A DNA stretch of 32,000 nucleotides from Aliivibrio fischeri ES114. Lineage in GTDB: Bacteria; Pseudomonadota; Gammaproteobacteria; Enterobacterales; Vibrionaceae. Positions 18,591 through 28,264 of this stretch are shown here, in pieces (the first letter of the stretch is position 1; the number at the start of each line of letters is the position of its first letter). The notes beneath the pieces are model-generated. The model was not told where the DNA came from, did no database searches, and saw nothing but the letters and a program-made list of their open reading frames with translations. The stretch is taken from the NCBI RefSeq assembly GCF_000011805.1, contig NC_006840.2. One strand, written 5' to 3'. The translations under genes and the position numbers were made by a program.

Positions 18591-20501
18591 ATGTCTAAAC
18601 AAAAAACACCATTTCGAAACCACCAATTTGAAACATCATTATTTAATCAGCGTGTGATTGTTGCTTTTCTATTTATGTTGGTTGCTATTGGCGGTTTGGT
18701 TTTTAATTTATATCACTTACAAGTAAGAAATCACGATAGGTATCAGGTTCGCTCAAATAGAAATCGCATTAAAATAATTCCTGTAGCACCAAATCGTGGC
18801 CTCATTTACGACCGAAATGGCGTCGTATTAGCGCAAAATATACCCGTTTCAACTCTAGAGTTAACCCCGGCAAAAATTGATGATATCAACGCAACTCTTA
18901 CCTCATTACAAAAATTATTAAATTTAAGTGACCATGACATAGCGAAATTTAAAAAATTAATGCATCGAACCCGAAGTACCAAGCCTATTACTCTCATAGA
19001 GCAAATGAGTGAAGTACAAATTGCTAAATTTTCTGTGAATCAATTTCATTATAATGGCACTAACATTAACGCCTATCTTGAACGATATTACCCATATGGT
19101 GAAAGCCTCACTCACGTTTTGGGCTATGTCGGAAAGATTAACGACCGCGATATTCGAACTCTTAAAAAAGACAATAGATACACAAATTATGAAGGAACTC
19201 ATGCTATAGGAAAGTTAGGTATTGAGCTCTATTATGAAAGCACATTACATGGTAAATCAGGCTATCAAAAGGTAGAAATAAACAGCCATGGACGCATAGT
19301 ACGAACTCTTGACTATGTGGCACCAATACCAGGTAAAGACATTAAATTAAATATTGATTTAGGCTTGCAGTTATACGCCTACAACCAACTAAAAATAAAA
19401 AAAGAAAACCCAATCACTCATAAAATGGAAGATTATCATCGTCGTGGTTCTATTGTTGTTTTAGACCCTAGAGATGACTCTGTATTGGCCATGGTATCGA
19501 GCCCTAGCTATGATCCAAATCTATTTGTTCATGGCATTTCTTCAAAACATTACAATGCATTATTAAACAACCCTGATCTTCCATTATTAAATAGAACAAC
19601 TTTAGGTATTTATCCTCCTGGCTCTACCGTAAAACCACAAATAGCAGTAGCTGCATTAAGTGAAAAAGTCATCACACCGAATACAACCACCAACTTTCCT
19701 GGTTGGTGGCGAATTCCACACTCAAAAAGTCGTAAATTTAGAGATGATATACGTTGGGGTCATGGTGAAGTTAATGTCGTAAAAGCCATTGAAAAATCAG
19801 TAGATACCTTCTTTTATCAAGTTGCATACGATATGGGAATAGACCGATTATCAACATGGATGAATAAATTTGGTTATGGTAAACCATCAGGGATTGATAT
19901 AAGAGAAGAGAGCCCTGCCAATATGCCTACTCGGGATTGGAAACACTCAAACTATCACCAAGCTTGGTATAAAGGCGATACTATCCCTGTTGGAATTGGA
20001 CAAGGTTATTGGACTGCAACCCCAATGCAAATTGCAAAAGCCACTGCGGTTATAGCAGATGAAGGCATTGTTCACCGACCACACTTATTAAAATCAGTCA
20101 TGGAAGATGGGAAGTTTAAGCCAATAATATTTAAAGATTTCCCGAAAGTTAATCACACTAAAAAACAGTATTGGAATTTAGCAAAAGAAGGAATGCATCG
20201 AGTAATTGTATCTGGTACTGCTCGAAAATTATTTCAAAATTTAGCTTATAAAGCTGGTGGTAAAACAGGAACAAGTCAGGTATTTGGTTTAGATAAAGGG
20301 GAGGAATATAATTCTGAAGACGTCGCTGAACACCTTCGTGATCATGCTTTGTTTACTAGCTTTGCTCCTTTAGATAAGCCCAAAGTTTTAGTTGCGGCGG
20401 TATTAGAGAATGCTGGTTGGGGGAAATATGCAGCCCCTATTGGTCGTAACATAATGGATTACGTATTAATCAATCCCAAAATTAGTTTAGATCATACTTA
20501 G
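18591..20501 (+). CDS. mrdA: Penicillin-binding protein 2 (peptidoglycan transpeptidase), stand-alone copy
   Basis: PNRGLIYDRNGVVLAQN; active-site STVK (GIYPPGSTVKP), SVD, KTGTSQ; MrdA-like C-terminus FTSFAPLDKPKVLVAAVLENAGWG. Confidence 0.92.
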   Translation: MSKQKTPFRNHQFETSLFNQRVIVAFLFMLVAIGGLVFNLYHLQVRNHDRYQVRSNRNRIKIIPVAPNRGLIYDRNGVVLAQNIPVSTLELTPAKIDDINATLTSLQKLLNLSDHDIAKFKKLMHRTRSTKPITLIEQMSEVQIAKFSVNQFHYNGTNINAYLERYYPYGESLTHVLGYVGKINDRDIRTLKKDNRYTNYEGTHAIGKLGIELYYESTLHGKSGYQKVEINSHGRIVRTLDYVAPIPGKDIKLNIDLGLQLYAYNQLKIKKENPITHKMEDYHRRGSIVVLDPRDDSVLAMVSSPSYDPNLFVHGISSKHYNALLNNPDLPLLNRTTLGIYPPGSTVKPQIAVAALSEKVITPNTTTNFPGWWRIPHSKSRKFRDDIRWGHGEVNVVKAIEKSVDTFFYQVAYDMGIDRLSTWMNKFGYGKPSGIDIREESPANMPTRDWKHSNYHQAWYKGDTIPVGIGQGYWTATPMQIAKATAVIADEGIVHRPHLLKSVMEDGKFKPIIFKDFPKVNHTKKQYWNLAKEGMHRVIVSGTARKLFQNLAYKAGGKTGTSQVFGLDKGEEYNSEDVAEHLRDHALFTSFAPLDKPKVLVAAVLENAGWGKYAAPIGRNIMDYVLINPKISLDHT

Positions 20502-20692
20502 TACCGAACAACTGCCTTATCAATATAACACGAGTAGTTATACCTCAATCATCGAAATTAAATGCCGTTTGCAAATAAAAAATATATTTACAAGCGGCAC
20601 ACTAATTTTTCTTCACCTTCCCTCCCTAATGCCTTGCGATTGTGTGATAGATCTCTGATAATCAATGTATTGCTTATCATTGGACATCACTT

Positions 20693-22117
20693 ATGCCACA
20701 AAACAATGCACCTAGTTTCTTCTTCTTTGATTATGAAACATGGGGAACTAGCCCTTCTCTTGATCGACCGTGCCAATTTGCTGGTGTCCGCACTGATGAA
20801 GATTTCAATATTATCGGTGAGCCTTTAGTTATTTACTGCCGTCCTCCAGTTGATTACCTTCCCTCACCTGAAGCATGTTTGATTACGGGTATTACGCCAC
20901 AAACAGCCGTTAATAAAGGGCTTTCTGAACCAGAATTTATTGCCAAAATTCATCATGAATTATCACAGCCTAATACGTGTTCTTTAGGTTATAACAACAT
21001 TCGTTTTGATGATGAGGTTTCTCGTTACACGCTTTATCGTAACTTCTTTGAGCCTTACGGTTGGAGCTGGCAAAACGGCAACTCTCGTTGGGATCTATTA
21101 GATGTAATGCGTGCGGTTTATGCACTTCGCCCTGAAGGCATTAATTGGCCTAAAGATGAAGAAGGCAGACCAAGTTTTAAACTGGAAAACCTGTCTGTTG
21201 CTAATGGCATTGAACACGCCAATGCCCACGATGCAATGGCCGATGTTATCGCAACCATTGAGCTGGCTAAAAAAGTAAAACAAGCGCAGCCAAAAATGTT
21301 TAACTATTTGCTTTCTATGCGTAACAAGAAGAAAGCAGCAACATTAATCGACATAGTTGAAATGACACCACTGATGCATGTTTCAGGCATGTTTGGTGTA
21401 GATAGAGGTAACATCAGTTGGATAGTGCCTGTGGCTTGGCATCCAACCAATAACAATGCCGTTATTACTATTGATTTGGCTTTAGATCCAAGTGTTTTTC
21501 TTGAGTTGAATGTTGAAGAACTGCATCAGCGTATGTACACCAAACGTTCTGAACTTGGCCCTGATGAGCTTCCTGTTCCTGTTAAATTAGTGCATTTAAA
21601 TAAGTGCCCTGTTCTTGCGCCTGCAAAAACATTAACTGCTGAAAATGCCGCTAATTTGAATGTTGACCGTGAAGCGTGTTTACGTAATCTTAAAGTGATA
21701 CGTGAAAATCCTGAGATCAGACAAAAACTGATTGAGCTGTACAGCATTGAGCCAAACTACGAAAAATCAACTAATGTAGATACACTTCTTTACGATGGTT
21801 TCTTCTCTCATGCTGATAAAGCGACCATTGATATTATTCGTCAATCAACGCCTGAGCAGTTAATTGACTTTGAACCAAACGTGACAGATCCACGTATCAA
21901 ACCACTGTTATTCCGATACCGTGCACGTAACTTCCCGCACACATTAAACGAAGCTGAGCAATTAAGATGGCACGCTCACCTTCAAGACTATTTTCAAACT
22001 CACTTGCCAGATTATGAAGCGAGTTTTGAAAATCTATACCTTGAGTCCGAAGGTAATGACAAAAAAGTGGCTATTTTAAAAGCCGTGTATAACTACGTAC
22101 AACAATTAATATCATGA
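20693..22117 (+). CDS. sbcB: Exodeoxyribonuclease I
   Basis: FFFFDYETWGTSPSLDRPCQFAGVRTDEDFNIIGEP; YNNIRFDDEVSRYTLYRNFFEPYGWSW. Confidence 0.96.
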   Translation: MPQNNAPSFFFFDYETWGTSPSLDRPCQFAGVRTDEDFNIIGEPLVIYCRPPVDYLPSPEACLITGITPQTAVNKGLSEPEFIAKIHHELSQPNTCSLGYNNIRFDDEVSRYTLYRNFFEPYGWSWQNGNSRWDLLDVMRAVYALRPEGINWPKDEEGRPSFKLENLSVANGIEHANAHDAMADVIATIELAKKVKQAQPKMFNYLLSMRNKKKAATLIDIVEMTPLMHVSGMFGVDRGNISWIVPVAWHPTNNNAVITIDLALDPSVFLELNVEELHQRMYTKRSELGPDELPVPVKLVHLNKCPVLAPAKTLTAENAANLNVDREACLRNLKVIRENPEIRQKLIELYSIEPNYEKSTNVDTLLYDGFFSHADKATIDIIRQSTPEQLIDFEPNVTDPRIKPLLFRYRARNFPHTLNEAEQLRWHAHLQDYFQTHLPDYEASFENLYLESEGNDKKVAILKAVYNYVQQLIS

Positions 22118-22464
22118 TTAAATATCTTTATTCTTTCGCTTGGATCTTCGCCTCGTTGTTTGCTGGTAACGGCATTCAATCTTGGTTGAACATATCTGTT
22201 CCGGGAAGCATTATTGGAATGCTTATTTTATTCACCGCTATGGTTATCGGTATTTGCAAACCAGATTGGACAGCCACAGGTTGCCAATTTTTCATGCGCA
22301 ATATGCTGATCTTGTTTATTCCTATTTCGGTAGGTTTAATGACCCATTTTGATTTGCTACTTAACAATGCAATTCCAATTATTGTGAGTACGGCGGGTGG
22401 TTCATTATTAGTATTGGTTTGCTTAGCACTCTTTATCGACAAAATTGATAGAGGTAACAGCTAA
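22114..22464 (+). CDS. yohJ: CidA/LrgA-family membrane protein
   Basis: SVPGSIIGMLILFTAMVIG; gene order matches yohJ-yohK-cdd; ATGA overlap with sbcB. Confidence 0.88.
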   Translation: MIKYLYSFAWIFASLFAGNGIQSWLNISVPGSIIGMLILFTAMVIGICKPDWTATGCQFFMRNMLILFIPISVGLMTHFDLLLNNAIPIIVSTAGGSLLVLVCLALFIDKIDRGNS

Positions 22465-23138
22465 TGTGGGTCATTCTTACGCTTATCGTTTTTTACTCTG
22501 CTCGTTGGTTTGCAAAACGTTTCCCTCACCCAGTGAATAACCCGTTATTGCTGAGTGTGTGTATTGTTATTCCTATCTTGATGGTTCTGCATGTACCTTA
22601 CGAAACCTATTATGCTGATAATGCTTTCCTAAGTTACTTGTTACAGCCTGCGGTGGTTGCACTTGCTTATCCTTTATATGAGCAATTACCTCATATTCGA
22701 GCGAACTGGAAAATCATCTTGCTTGCATGTAGTGTGGGGTCGTTGTTCTCAATGATCTCTGGTGCGTTCCTTGCGGTTTGGATGGGAGCCGATATGCAAC
22801 TGGTTGCAAGTATTTTACCAAAATCAGTGACAACGCCTATTGCTATGGCTATTTCAAGTCAGCTTGAAGGTGAAGCGGCAATCGCAGCAATCTTAGTACT
22901 TCTGGCTGGTTTGATGGGAGCAATTTTTGCTTACCCAATTTATAACATGTTGGGTATTAAGAGCTCACTTGCTCGTGGTCTAACAATGGGGAATGTCTCT
23001 CACGCATTGGGTACAGCTCAAGCAGCTGAAGAGAATCCACAAGATGCCGCATTCAGTTCATTAGCCCTAGTTATTTGTGGGATCATCACTTCTCTCGTTG
23101 CACCGATTATCTACTCCTTCATGGTAATGATGAAATAA
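22464..23138 (+). CDS. yohK: CidB/LrgB-family membrane protein
   Basis: VASILPKSVTTPIAMAIS...LTMGNVSHALGTAQA motifs; TAATG overlap with yohJ. Confidence 0.9.
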   Translation: MWVILTLIVFYSARWFAKRFPHPVNNPLLLSVCIVIPILMVLHVPYETYYADNAFLSYLLQPAVVALAYPLYEQLPHIRANWKIILLACSVGSLFSMISGAFLAVWMGADMQLVASILPKSVTTPIAMAISSQLEGEAAIAAILVLLAGLMGAIFAYPIYNMLGIKSSLARGLTMGNVSHALGTAQAAEENPQDAAFSSLALVICGIITSLVAPIIYSFMVMMK

Positions 23139-23176
23139 TCGCGCTCAAAACAGCACCAATATGGTGTGACTTCTCT

Positions 23177-23213
23177 CTCATTGATGTAATTTATGTAACT
23201 TTACATCAATGAG
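23177..23213. repeat. Perfect 13-bp inverted repeat in the yohK-cdd intergenic region
   Basis: CTCATTGATGTAA-tttatgtaact-TTACATCAATGAG. Confidence 0.9.
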
Positions 23214-23289
23214 TGTGATTTTGATCTATGTTTCCAGCTCAATTGTCACTAAAATGATCCTATAAGAACTTAAAAGGATCACCCTACTC

Positions 23290-24183
23290 ATGACAAGACT
23301 ACAACAACGCTTAGAAGAAGCCCTAGCGAACTTACCTGACGCCCTGCGTACTTCATTAACACCAATTATTAATACTGAATTTAAAGGGGTAATTAGCAAG
23401 GAACAATTTCAATCACTGCAAGCTGACAGCCAGTTAAGCGATAAAGAATTACGTTTAGCTTTATTACCTCTTGCTGCTGCTTTCTCTGTTGCTCCTATTT
23501 CCAATTTTTATGTCGGTGCGATTGCTCGTGGTTTGACTGGTAACCTTTATTTTGGCGCAAACATGGAATACAACGATGTTCAACTTGGCCAAACTATTCA
23601 CGCTGAACAGTCGGCAATTAGCCATGCATGGATCCAAGGTGAAACGGGTATTTCTAACATTACGATCAACTTCAGCCCTTGTGGTCACTGTCGTCAATTT
23701 ATGAATGAGCTAACAACCGCTGATTCTTTAATGGTTCAACTTCCTGAGCGTAATGAAAAATCACTGCAAGAATACTTACCTGAGTCTTTTGGTCCTAAAG
23801 ATTTAGGCATTGAAGGCGGATTACTTGCTCCTCTTTCGCACAACTTAGCGTTAGAAACTGAGTCTCCACTGCTACGTAAAGCATTAGAAGCGGCAAACCG
23901 CAGTCACGCGCCTTACTCACATAATTTAAGTGGTATTGCGCTTGAGATGGAAAGTGGTGAAGTGTATTACGGTATGTATGCTGAAAATGCGGCGTTTAAC
24001 CCAAGCTTACCACCACTGCAAGTGGCGCTGGTTCATGCAAATATGTCTCGTGAAGACATCTTAACGGTTAAATCAGCTGCGCTAGTTGAAGATCACAAAG
24101 GCGCTATTAGCCACCTTGCGATTACACAAAGCACATTAGAAGCACTAAATCCGGATGTAACATTAGAATACGCTTCTTTATAA
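23290..24183 (+). CDS. cdd: Cytidine deaminase
   Basis: [15 protein letters not shown] and [11 protein letters not shown] zinc-binding motifs; E. coli-type double-domain length. Confidence 0.95.
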   Translation: MTRLQQRLEEALANLPDALRTSLTPIINTEFKGVISKEQFQSLQADSQLSDKELRLALLPLAAAFSVAPISNFYVGAIARGLTGNLYFGANMEYNDVQLGQTIHAEQSAISHAWIQGETGISNITINFSPCGHCRQFMNELTTADSLMVQLPERNEKSLQEYLPESFGPKDLGIEGGLLAPLSHNLALETESPLLRKALEAANRSHAPYSHNLSGIALEMESGEVYYGMYAENAAFNPSLPPLQVALVHANMSREDILTVKSAALVEDHKGAISHLAITQSTLEALNPDVTLEYASL

Positions 24184-24215
24184 GAATCAGGGTTTACTCT
24201 TTAAATAGATGACTT

Positions 24216-24245
24216 AAAAGGAGGCTTTATTGGCCTCCTTTTTAT
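24216..24245. terminator. Bidirectional terminator between cdd and the amidase-family gene
   Basis: AAAAGGAGGC-tttattg-GCCTCCTTTTT. Confidence 0.85.
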
Positions 24246-24265
24246 TTGATTAACATTTTTAATGT

Positions 24266-25429
24266 CTATTGATTGCCTTTCCAACGAATAGCCACATCAA
24301 TCAGTTGTCTATCCATTCCTTTTTGCCCAACTAATGAAATCCCCCAAGGAGAATCATTTACCGTAAACCAAGGTAAATGCAACTGAGGTAAATCCGCCAA
24401 ACTTGCTAACGAGGTGTATTTTAAAATTTGAGCATTCAATTTATATAATTGCTCATCCGTTGCCGTGATTGGTGGTGCAATATTGGCTGTTGTTGGCATA
24501 AGTAGCAGTGTTTTTTCATCTAAGATGGATTCTAAAACAGAGATCACTAACTCTCTTTGCTCTAAAGCGATCCTTTCATCTTTATATTTTAAAGATGCAA
24601 GCCACTTCATCTGCATCTTTATTTCATTACCTACTGCCGCTTTGTTCTTTTCATACCACAGTTCTAAATTACGCAAACCTCGCGTTGCTGAAAGCACTTT
24701 GAAGCTCTCTGCCGCCTTAGTGGTGATAATTTTACTGATCGATTTGCTGCGTATCACTTCATAAGGAGAAGATTTAATTAATGTCTCTAACTTTGTTTTC
24801 GCTTCTTCTGGAATATCTGCAAATAAGCTATCAAGTACGACAATACGTTCCACCGTCACCAATGGAGACATCGGGGTAAGCACGGTTGCCACTTTTCGTA
24901 TATCTGATAAATTTTTTGCGACCCACCCCAATGAAGTATCTTCTTTTGCAATACAATCGATACCTTGCATGTTTACTGCACTGGCTGATGCTTTAAAACC
25001 ATATAAACCAGCATATAAAGCAGGAACACGGATACCACCACCAAAATCAATACCTAAACCAATATCTGCATCGCCATTAACCACTGCTGCTACTGCACCA
25101 CTCGATGAGCCGCCAATAAAGCGCCCTTCGCTGTTTTTATTTGGTATTGGGCCGTAGTGTGGATTGTGTCCATGTAGACCAAACCCAAATTCGTCCATTT
25201 GAGTTTTACCAACGAATATAGCGCCTTTTTTTAATATAAGATCAACGGCAGGTGCGTTCTCTCTCGCTTTTCTTTGCTCTAATAACCACGTTGGATTACC
25301 TTGGCCATTTGGCGTGTTTTTTATATCAATGCAATCACTTACGACAAATTTTTTATTTTCTAAAAGGCCATAAAACGCCCATTGTTGTGACTCAACTTCA
25401 TGAGAGACATACATGGTTTGCTCATCCAT
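24266..25429 (-). CDS. Amidase-signature-family protein with apparent loss of the nucleophile Ser
   Basis: VGKTQMDEFGFG (Lys), GGSSSGAVAA (cis-Ser region), but IGLGIDFGGGIRVPALYAG where the canonical motif is D-x-G-G-S-(I/V)-R-x-P. Confidence 0.85.
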   Translation of the reverse strand: MDEQTMYVSHEVESQQWAFYGLLENKKFVVSDCIDIKNTPNGQGNPTWLLEQRKARENAPAVDLILKKGAIFVGKTQMDEFGFGLHGHNPHYGPIPNKNSEGRFIGGSSSGAVAAVVNGDADIGLGIDFGGGIRVPALYAGLYGFKASASAVNMQGIDCIAKEDTSLGWVAKNLSDIRKVATVLTPMSPLVTVERIVVLDSLFADIPEEAKTKLETLIKSSPYEVIRSKSISKIITTKAAESFKVLSATRGLRNLELWYEKNKAAVGNEIKMQMKWLASLKYKDERIALEQRELVISVLESILDEKTLLLMPTTANIAPPITATDEQLYKLNAQILKYTSLASLADLPQLHLPWFTVNDSPWGISLVGQKGMDRQLIDVAIRWKGNQ

Positions 25430-25573
25430 AATTCAGCGTACTGTTTAATTTCAAAAATGCAGCATACCAGTCACATAAATGAATACAATTTCACTCATTC
25501 TCATTATCAAGAAAACTATCAGTTACGTGATCCAGTTTGCATTTTTAATTCCATTCTATTTATAAGGAATAAA

Positions 25574-25589
25574 TAGCAAACGTTTGCGT
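25574..25589 (+). promoter_or_regulatory. PurR-type operator upstream of purT
   Basis: tAGCAAACGTTTGCGt, near-perfect match to the ACGCAAACGTTTGCGT palindrome. Confidence 0.75.
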
Positions 25590-25645
25590 ATTTAATTAAT
25601 TTTAGTATGATAGCGCCATCTTTCTTTATTACATGAGAATTTCAT

Positions 25646-26821
25646 ATGTTTGGTACAGCTCTGTCTTCTTCTGCAACAAAAGTATTATTACTTGGTTCTG
25701 GTGAACTAGGTAAAGAAGTGGCTATTGAATGTCAGCGTCTTGGTTTTGAAGTAATTGCGGTTGATCGCTACCTTAATGCTCCGGCAATGCAAGTGGCTCA
25801 CCGCAGTTACGCGATTGATATGCTTGATGCCAACGCCTTAGAAGAAGTCATTAATAAAGAACAACCTGATTTTGTGGTCCCTGAAATTGAAGCGATTGCA
25901 ACGGATAAGTTAGTTGAACTAGAGAAACAAGGCCTTAATGTTGTTCCAACGGCTAACGCGACAAAATTAACCATGAACCGTGAAGGTATTCGCCGTTTAG
26001 CCGCTGAAGAATTACAACTGCCGACGTCTCCTTATCGCTTTGTTGATAGCTATGAAGAACTTGTTGAAGCGGTGAAATTTGTCGGTATGCCTTGCGTTAT
26101 TAAACCGGTAATGAGCTCTTCTGGTAAAGGTCAAAGCGTTATCAAAACAGAAGCAGACATCCGTACTTCTTGGGATTATGCGCAAGATGGTGGCCGCTCT
26201 GGTGCTGGACGAGTCATTGTTGAAGGGTTTGTGGATTTTGATTATGAGATTTCATTATTAACCGTTCGTGCTGTTGATGGTGTTCATTTCTGCGCGCCAA
26301 TTGGCCATCGTCAAGAAGATGGTGACTACCGTGAATCATGGCAGCCACAAGTGATGACTGAGGCCGCATTAAAACAAGCACAAAATGCGGCAGAGAAAGT
26401 GGTAAACGCCCTTGGCGGTTATGGCTTATTTGGTGTAGAGCTTTTCATTAAAGGCGATAACATTTACTTTAATGAAGTCTCTCCTCGCCCACACGACACA
26501 GGTCTTGTGACACTTATTTCTCAAGAAATGTCTGAATTTGCCCTTCATGTTCGTGCATTTACTGGAATGCCAATTAATCAAGTTACACAATACGGTCCTT
26601 CGGCATCGTCAGTAATTTTAGGTCAAGGCACTTCGACCAATATTCGTTTTGATGGCTTAACCGAAGCGCTTTCTCAGCCTCAAACTCAAATCAAATTATT
26701 CGGTAAACCAGAGATTGATGGACGTCGACGTTTAGGTGTTGCGATTACACGTCGTGATAATTTAGAAACCGCTATTGAGGATGCAGTAACGGCTTCAAAT
26801 AAAGTTCAAGTAATCTATTAA
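25646..26821 (+). CDS. purT: Phosphoribosylglycinamide formyltransferase 2
   Basis: [47 protein letters not shown]; ATP-grasp motifs; [15 protein letters not shown]. Confidence 0.97.
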   Translation: MFGTALSSSATKVLLLGSGELGKEVAIECQRLGFEVIAVDRYLNAPAMQVAHRSYAIDMLDANALEEVINKEQPDFVVPEIEAIATDKLVELEKQGLNVVPTANATKLTMNREGIRRLAAEELQLPTSPYRFVDSYEELVEAVKFVGMPCVIKPVMSSSGKGQSVIKTEADIRTSWDYAQDGGRSGAGRVIVEGFVDFDYEISLLTVRAVDGVHFCAPIGHRQEDGDYRESWQPQVMTEAALKQAQNAAEKVVNALGGYGLFGVELFIKGDNIYFNEVSPRPHDTGLVTLISQEMSEFALHVRAFTGMPINQVTQYGPSASSVILGQGTSTNIRFDGLTEALSQPQTQIKLFGKPEIDGRRRLGVAITRRDNLETAIEDAVTASNKVQVIY

Positions 26822-26838
26822 GTTACAAATATGTATAG

Positions 26839-26875
26839 CAGAATGGTTTCAAATACCGTTCTGTTGTACTTTTTT
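26839..26875 (+). terminator. Probable terminator after purT
   Basis: CAGAATGGT...ACCGTTCTG stem with T6 shortly after. Confidence 0.6.
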
Positions 26876-27009
26876 AACCTTCTTATTCTTTTTTTACTGC
26901 TAAATCCATTTAATTTGCTTTTTTCGTTACCTAACCGTTGCAAACTTACAGGATTAACAGGTATAAATAAGCTAACTCTTTTATTTTACTTACACCATGG
27001 ATGATGACT

Positions 27010-28200
27010 ATGTTTGAAAAAATCGCTGCCGCTCCTGCTGACCCTATTCTTGGCTTAACAGATGAATTTAAAAATGACCCTCGTGCTGAAAAAATCAACC
27101 TTGGTGTTGGTATTTACAAAAACGAAGCGGGTCAAACTCCAGTTTTAACCACAGTTAAAAAAGCAGAAGCAGTATTGCTTGATACAGAAAAAACAAAGTC
27201 ATACCTAACCATTCAAGGTACCGCAGAATACGGCCTTGCAGTACAAAAGCTACTGTTTGGCGCTGATGCACAAGTAATCACTGAAAAACGTGCACAAACA
27301 GCTCAAGCTCCAGGTGGTACTGGTGCGCTACGTGTAGCTGGTGAATTCATCAAACGTCAACTTGGCGATGTAAAAATTTGGATCAGCAACCCTACATGGG
27401 CAAACCACATTGGTGTATTTACTGCTGCTGGTATTGAAACAGCGCAATACACTTACTACAACGCAGAAACGAAATCTAAAGACTTCGCTGCAATGCTAAC
27501 GGATTTACAACAAGCGGAAGCTGGTGATGTGGTTCTTCTACACGGTTGTTGTCATAACCCTACTGGTATCGATCCAACGGCTGATGAGTGGGAAGAGCTA
27601 GCTAAACTATGTGCAAATAAAGGTCTACTTCCACTGTTTGATTTCGCATACCAAGGTTTTGCAAAAGGTGTTGAAGAAGATGCGGCTGGTTTACGTACTT
27701 TTGCTCAATACTGCCCAGAGCTGCTTGTAGCAAGTTCGTTCTCTAAGAACTTTGGTTTGTATAACGAGCGTGTTGGTGCATTTACTCTTGTTGCTAAAGA
27801 CGCAACGGTTGCTGCGGATGCATTCTCTCAAGTTAAAGCTATCATCCGTTCTATCTACTCTAACCCACCAGCTCACGGTGCTGCTGTTGTTACGCATATT
27901 CTTAATGACGATGCGCTACGTGCAGAATGGGAGCAAGAAGTCGCTGAAATGCGTGACCGTATTCAAGAGATGCGTACTTTGTTTGTTACCACACTAAAAG
28001 AGCAAGGTGTGGATGCAGACTTTAGCTTTATTGAACGTCAAAACGGTATGTTCTCTTTCTCTGGTCTTTCTAAAGAGCAAGTAAATCGCCTGAAAGACGA
28101 ATTCGCAATTTACATCGTTGGTTCTGGCCGTATCAGTGTTGCTGGTATGACAAAAGACAACATGCTTCCTTTATGTAAAGGTATTGCTGCGGTTCTTTAA
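27010..28200 (+). CDS. aspC: Aspartate/aromatic amino acid aminotransferase
   Basis: [46 protein letters not shown]; [19 protein letters not shown]-lysine motif. Start 27010 preferred over 27001. Confidence 0.93.
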   Translation: MFEKIAAAPADPILGLTDEFKNDPRAEKINLGVGIYKNEAGQTPVLTTVKKAEAVLLDTEKTKSYLTIQGTAEYGLAVQKLLFGADAQVITEKRAQTAQAPGGTGALRVAGEFIKRQLGDVKIWISNPTWANHIGVFTAAGIETAQYTYYNAETKSKDFAAMLTDLQQAEAGDVVLLHGCCHNPTGIDPTADEWEELAKLCANKGLLPLFDFAYQGFAKGVEEDAAGLRTFAQYCPELLVASSFSKNFGLYNERVGAFTLVAKDATVAADAFSQVKAIIRSIYSNPPAHGAAVVTHILNDDALRAEWEQEVAEMRDRIQEMRTLFVTTLKEQGVDADFSFIERQNGMFSFSGLSKEQVNRLKDEFAIYIVGSGRISVAGMTKDNMLPLCKGIAAVL

Positions 28201-28226
28201 GAATCAGAAGTAATTGTAAGACATAG

Positions 28227-28255
28227 AAAAGGCGCTTTAATTAGCGCCTTTTTTT
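28227..28255. terminator. Terminator between aspC and the methyltransferase gene
   Basis: AAAAGGCGC-tttaatta-GCGCCTTTTTTT. Confidence 0.85.
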
Positions 28256-28264
28256 ATGCCAGTT

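Noticed and set aside
20562-20828. ORF 20562..20828
   Set aside because: Overlaps the conserved N-terminus of sbcB in another frame; its end is an out-of-frame reading of the exonuclease gene.
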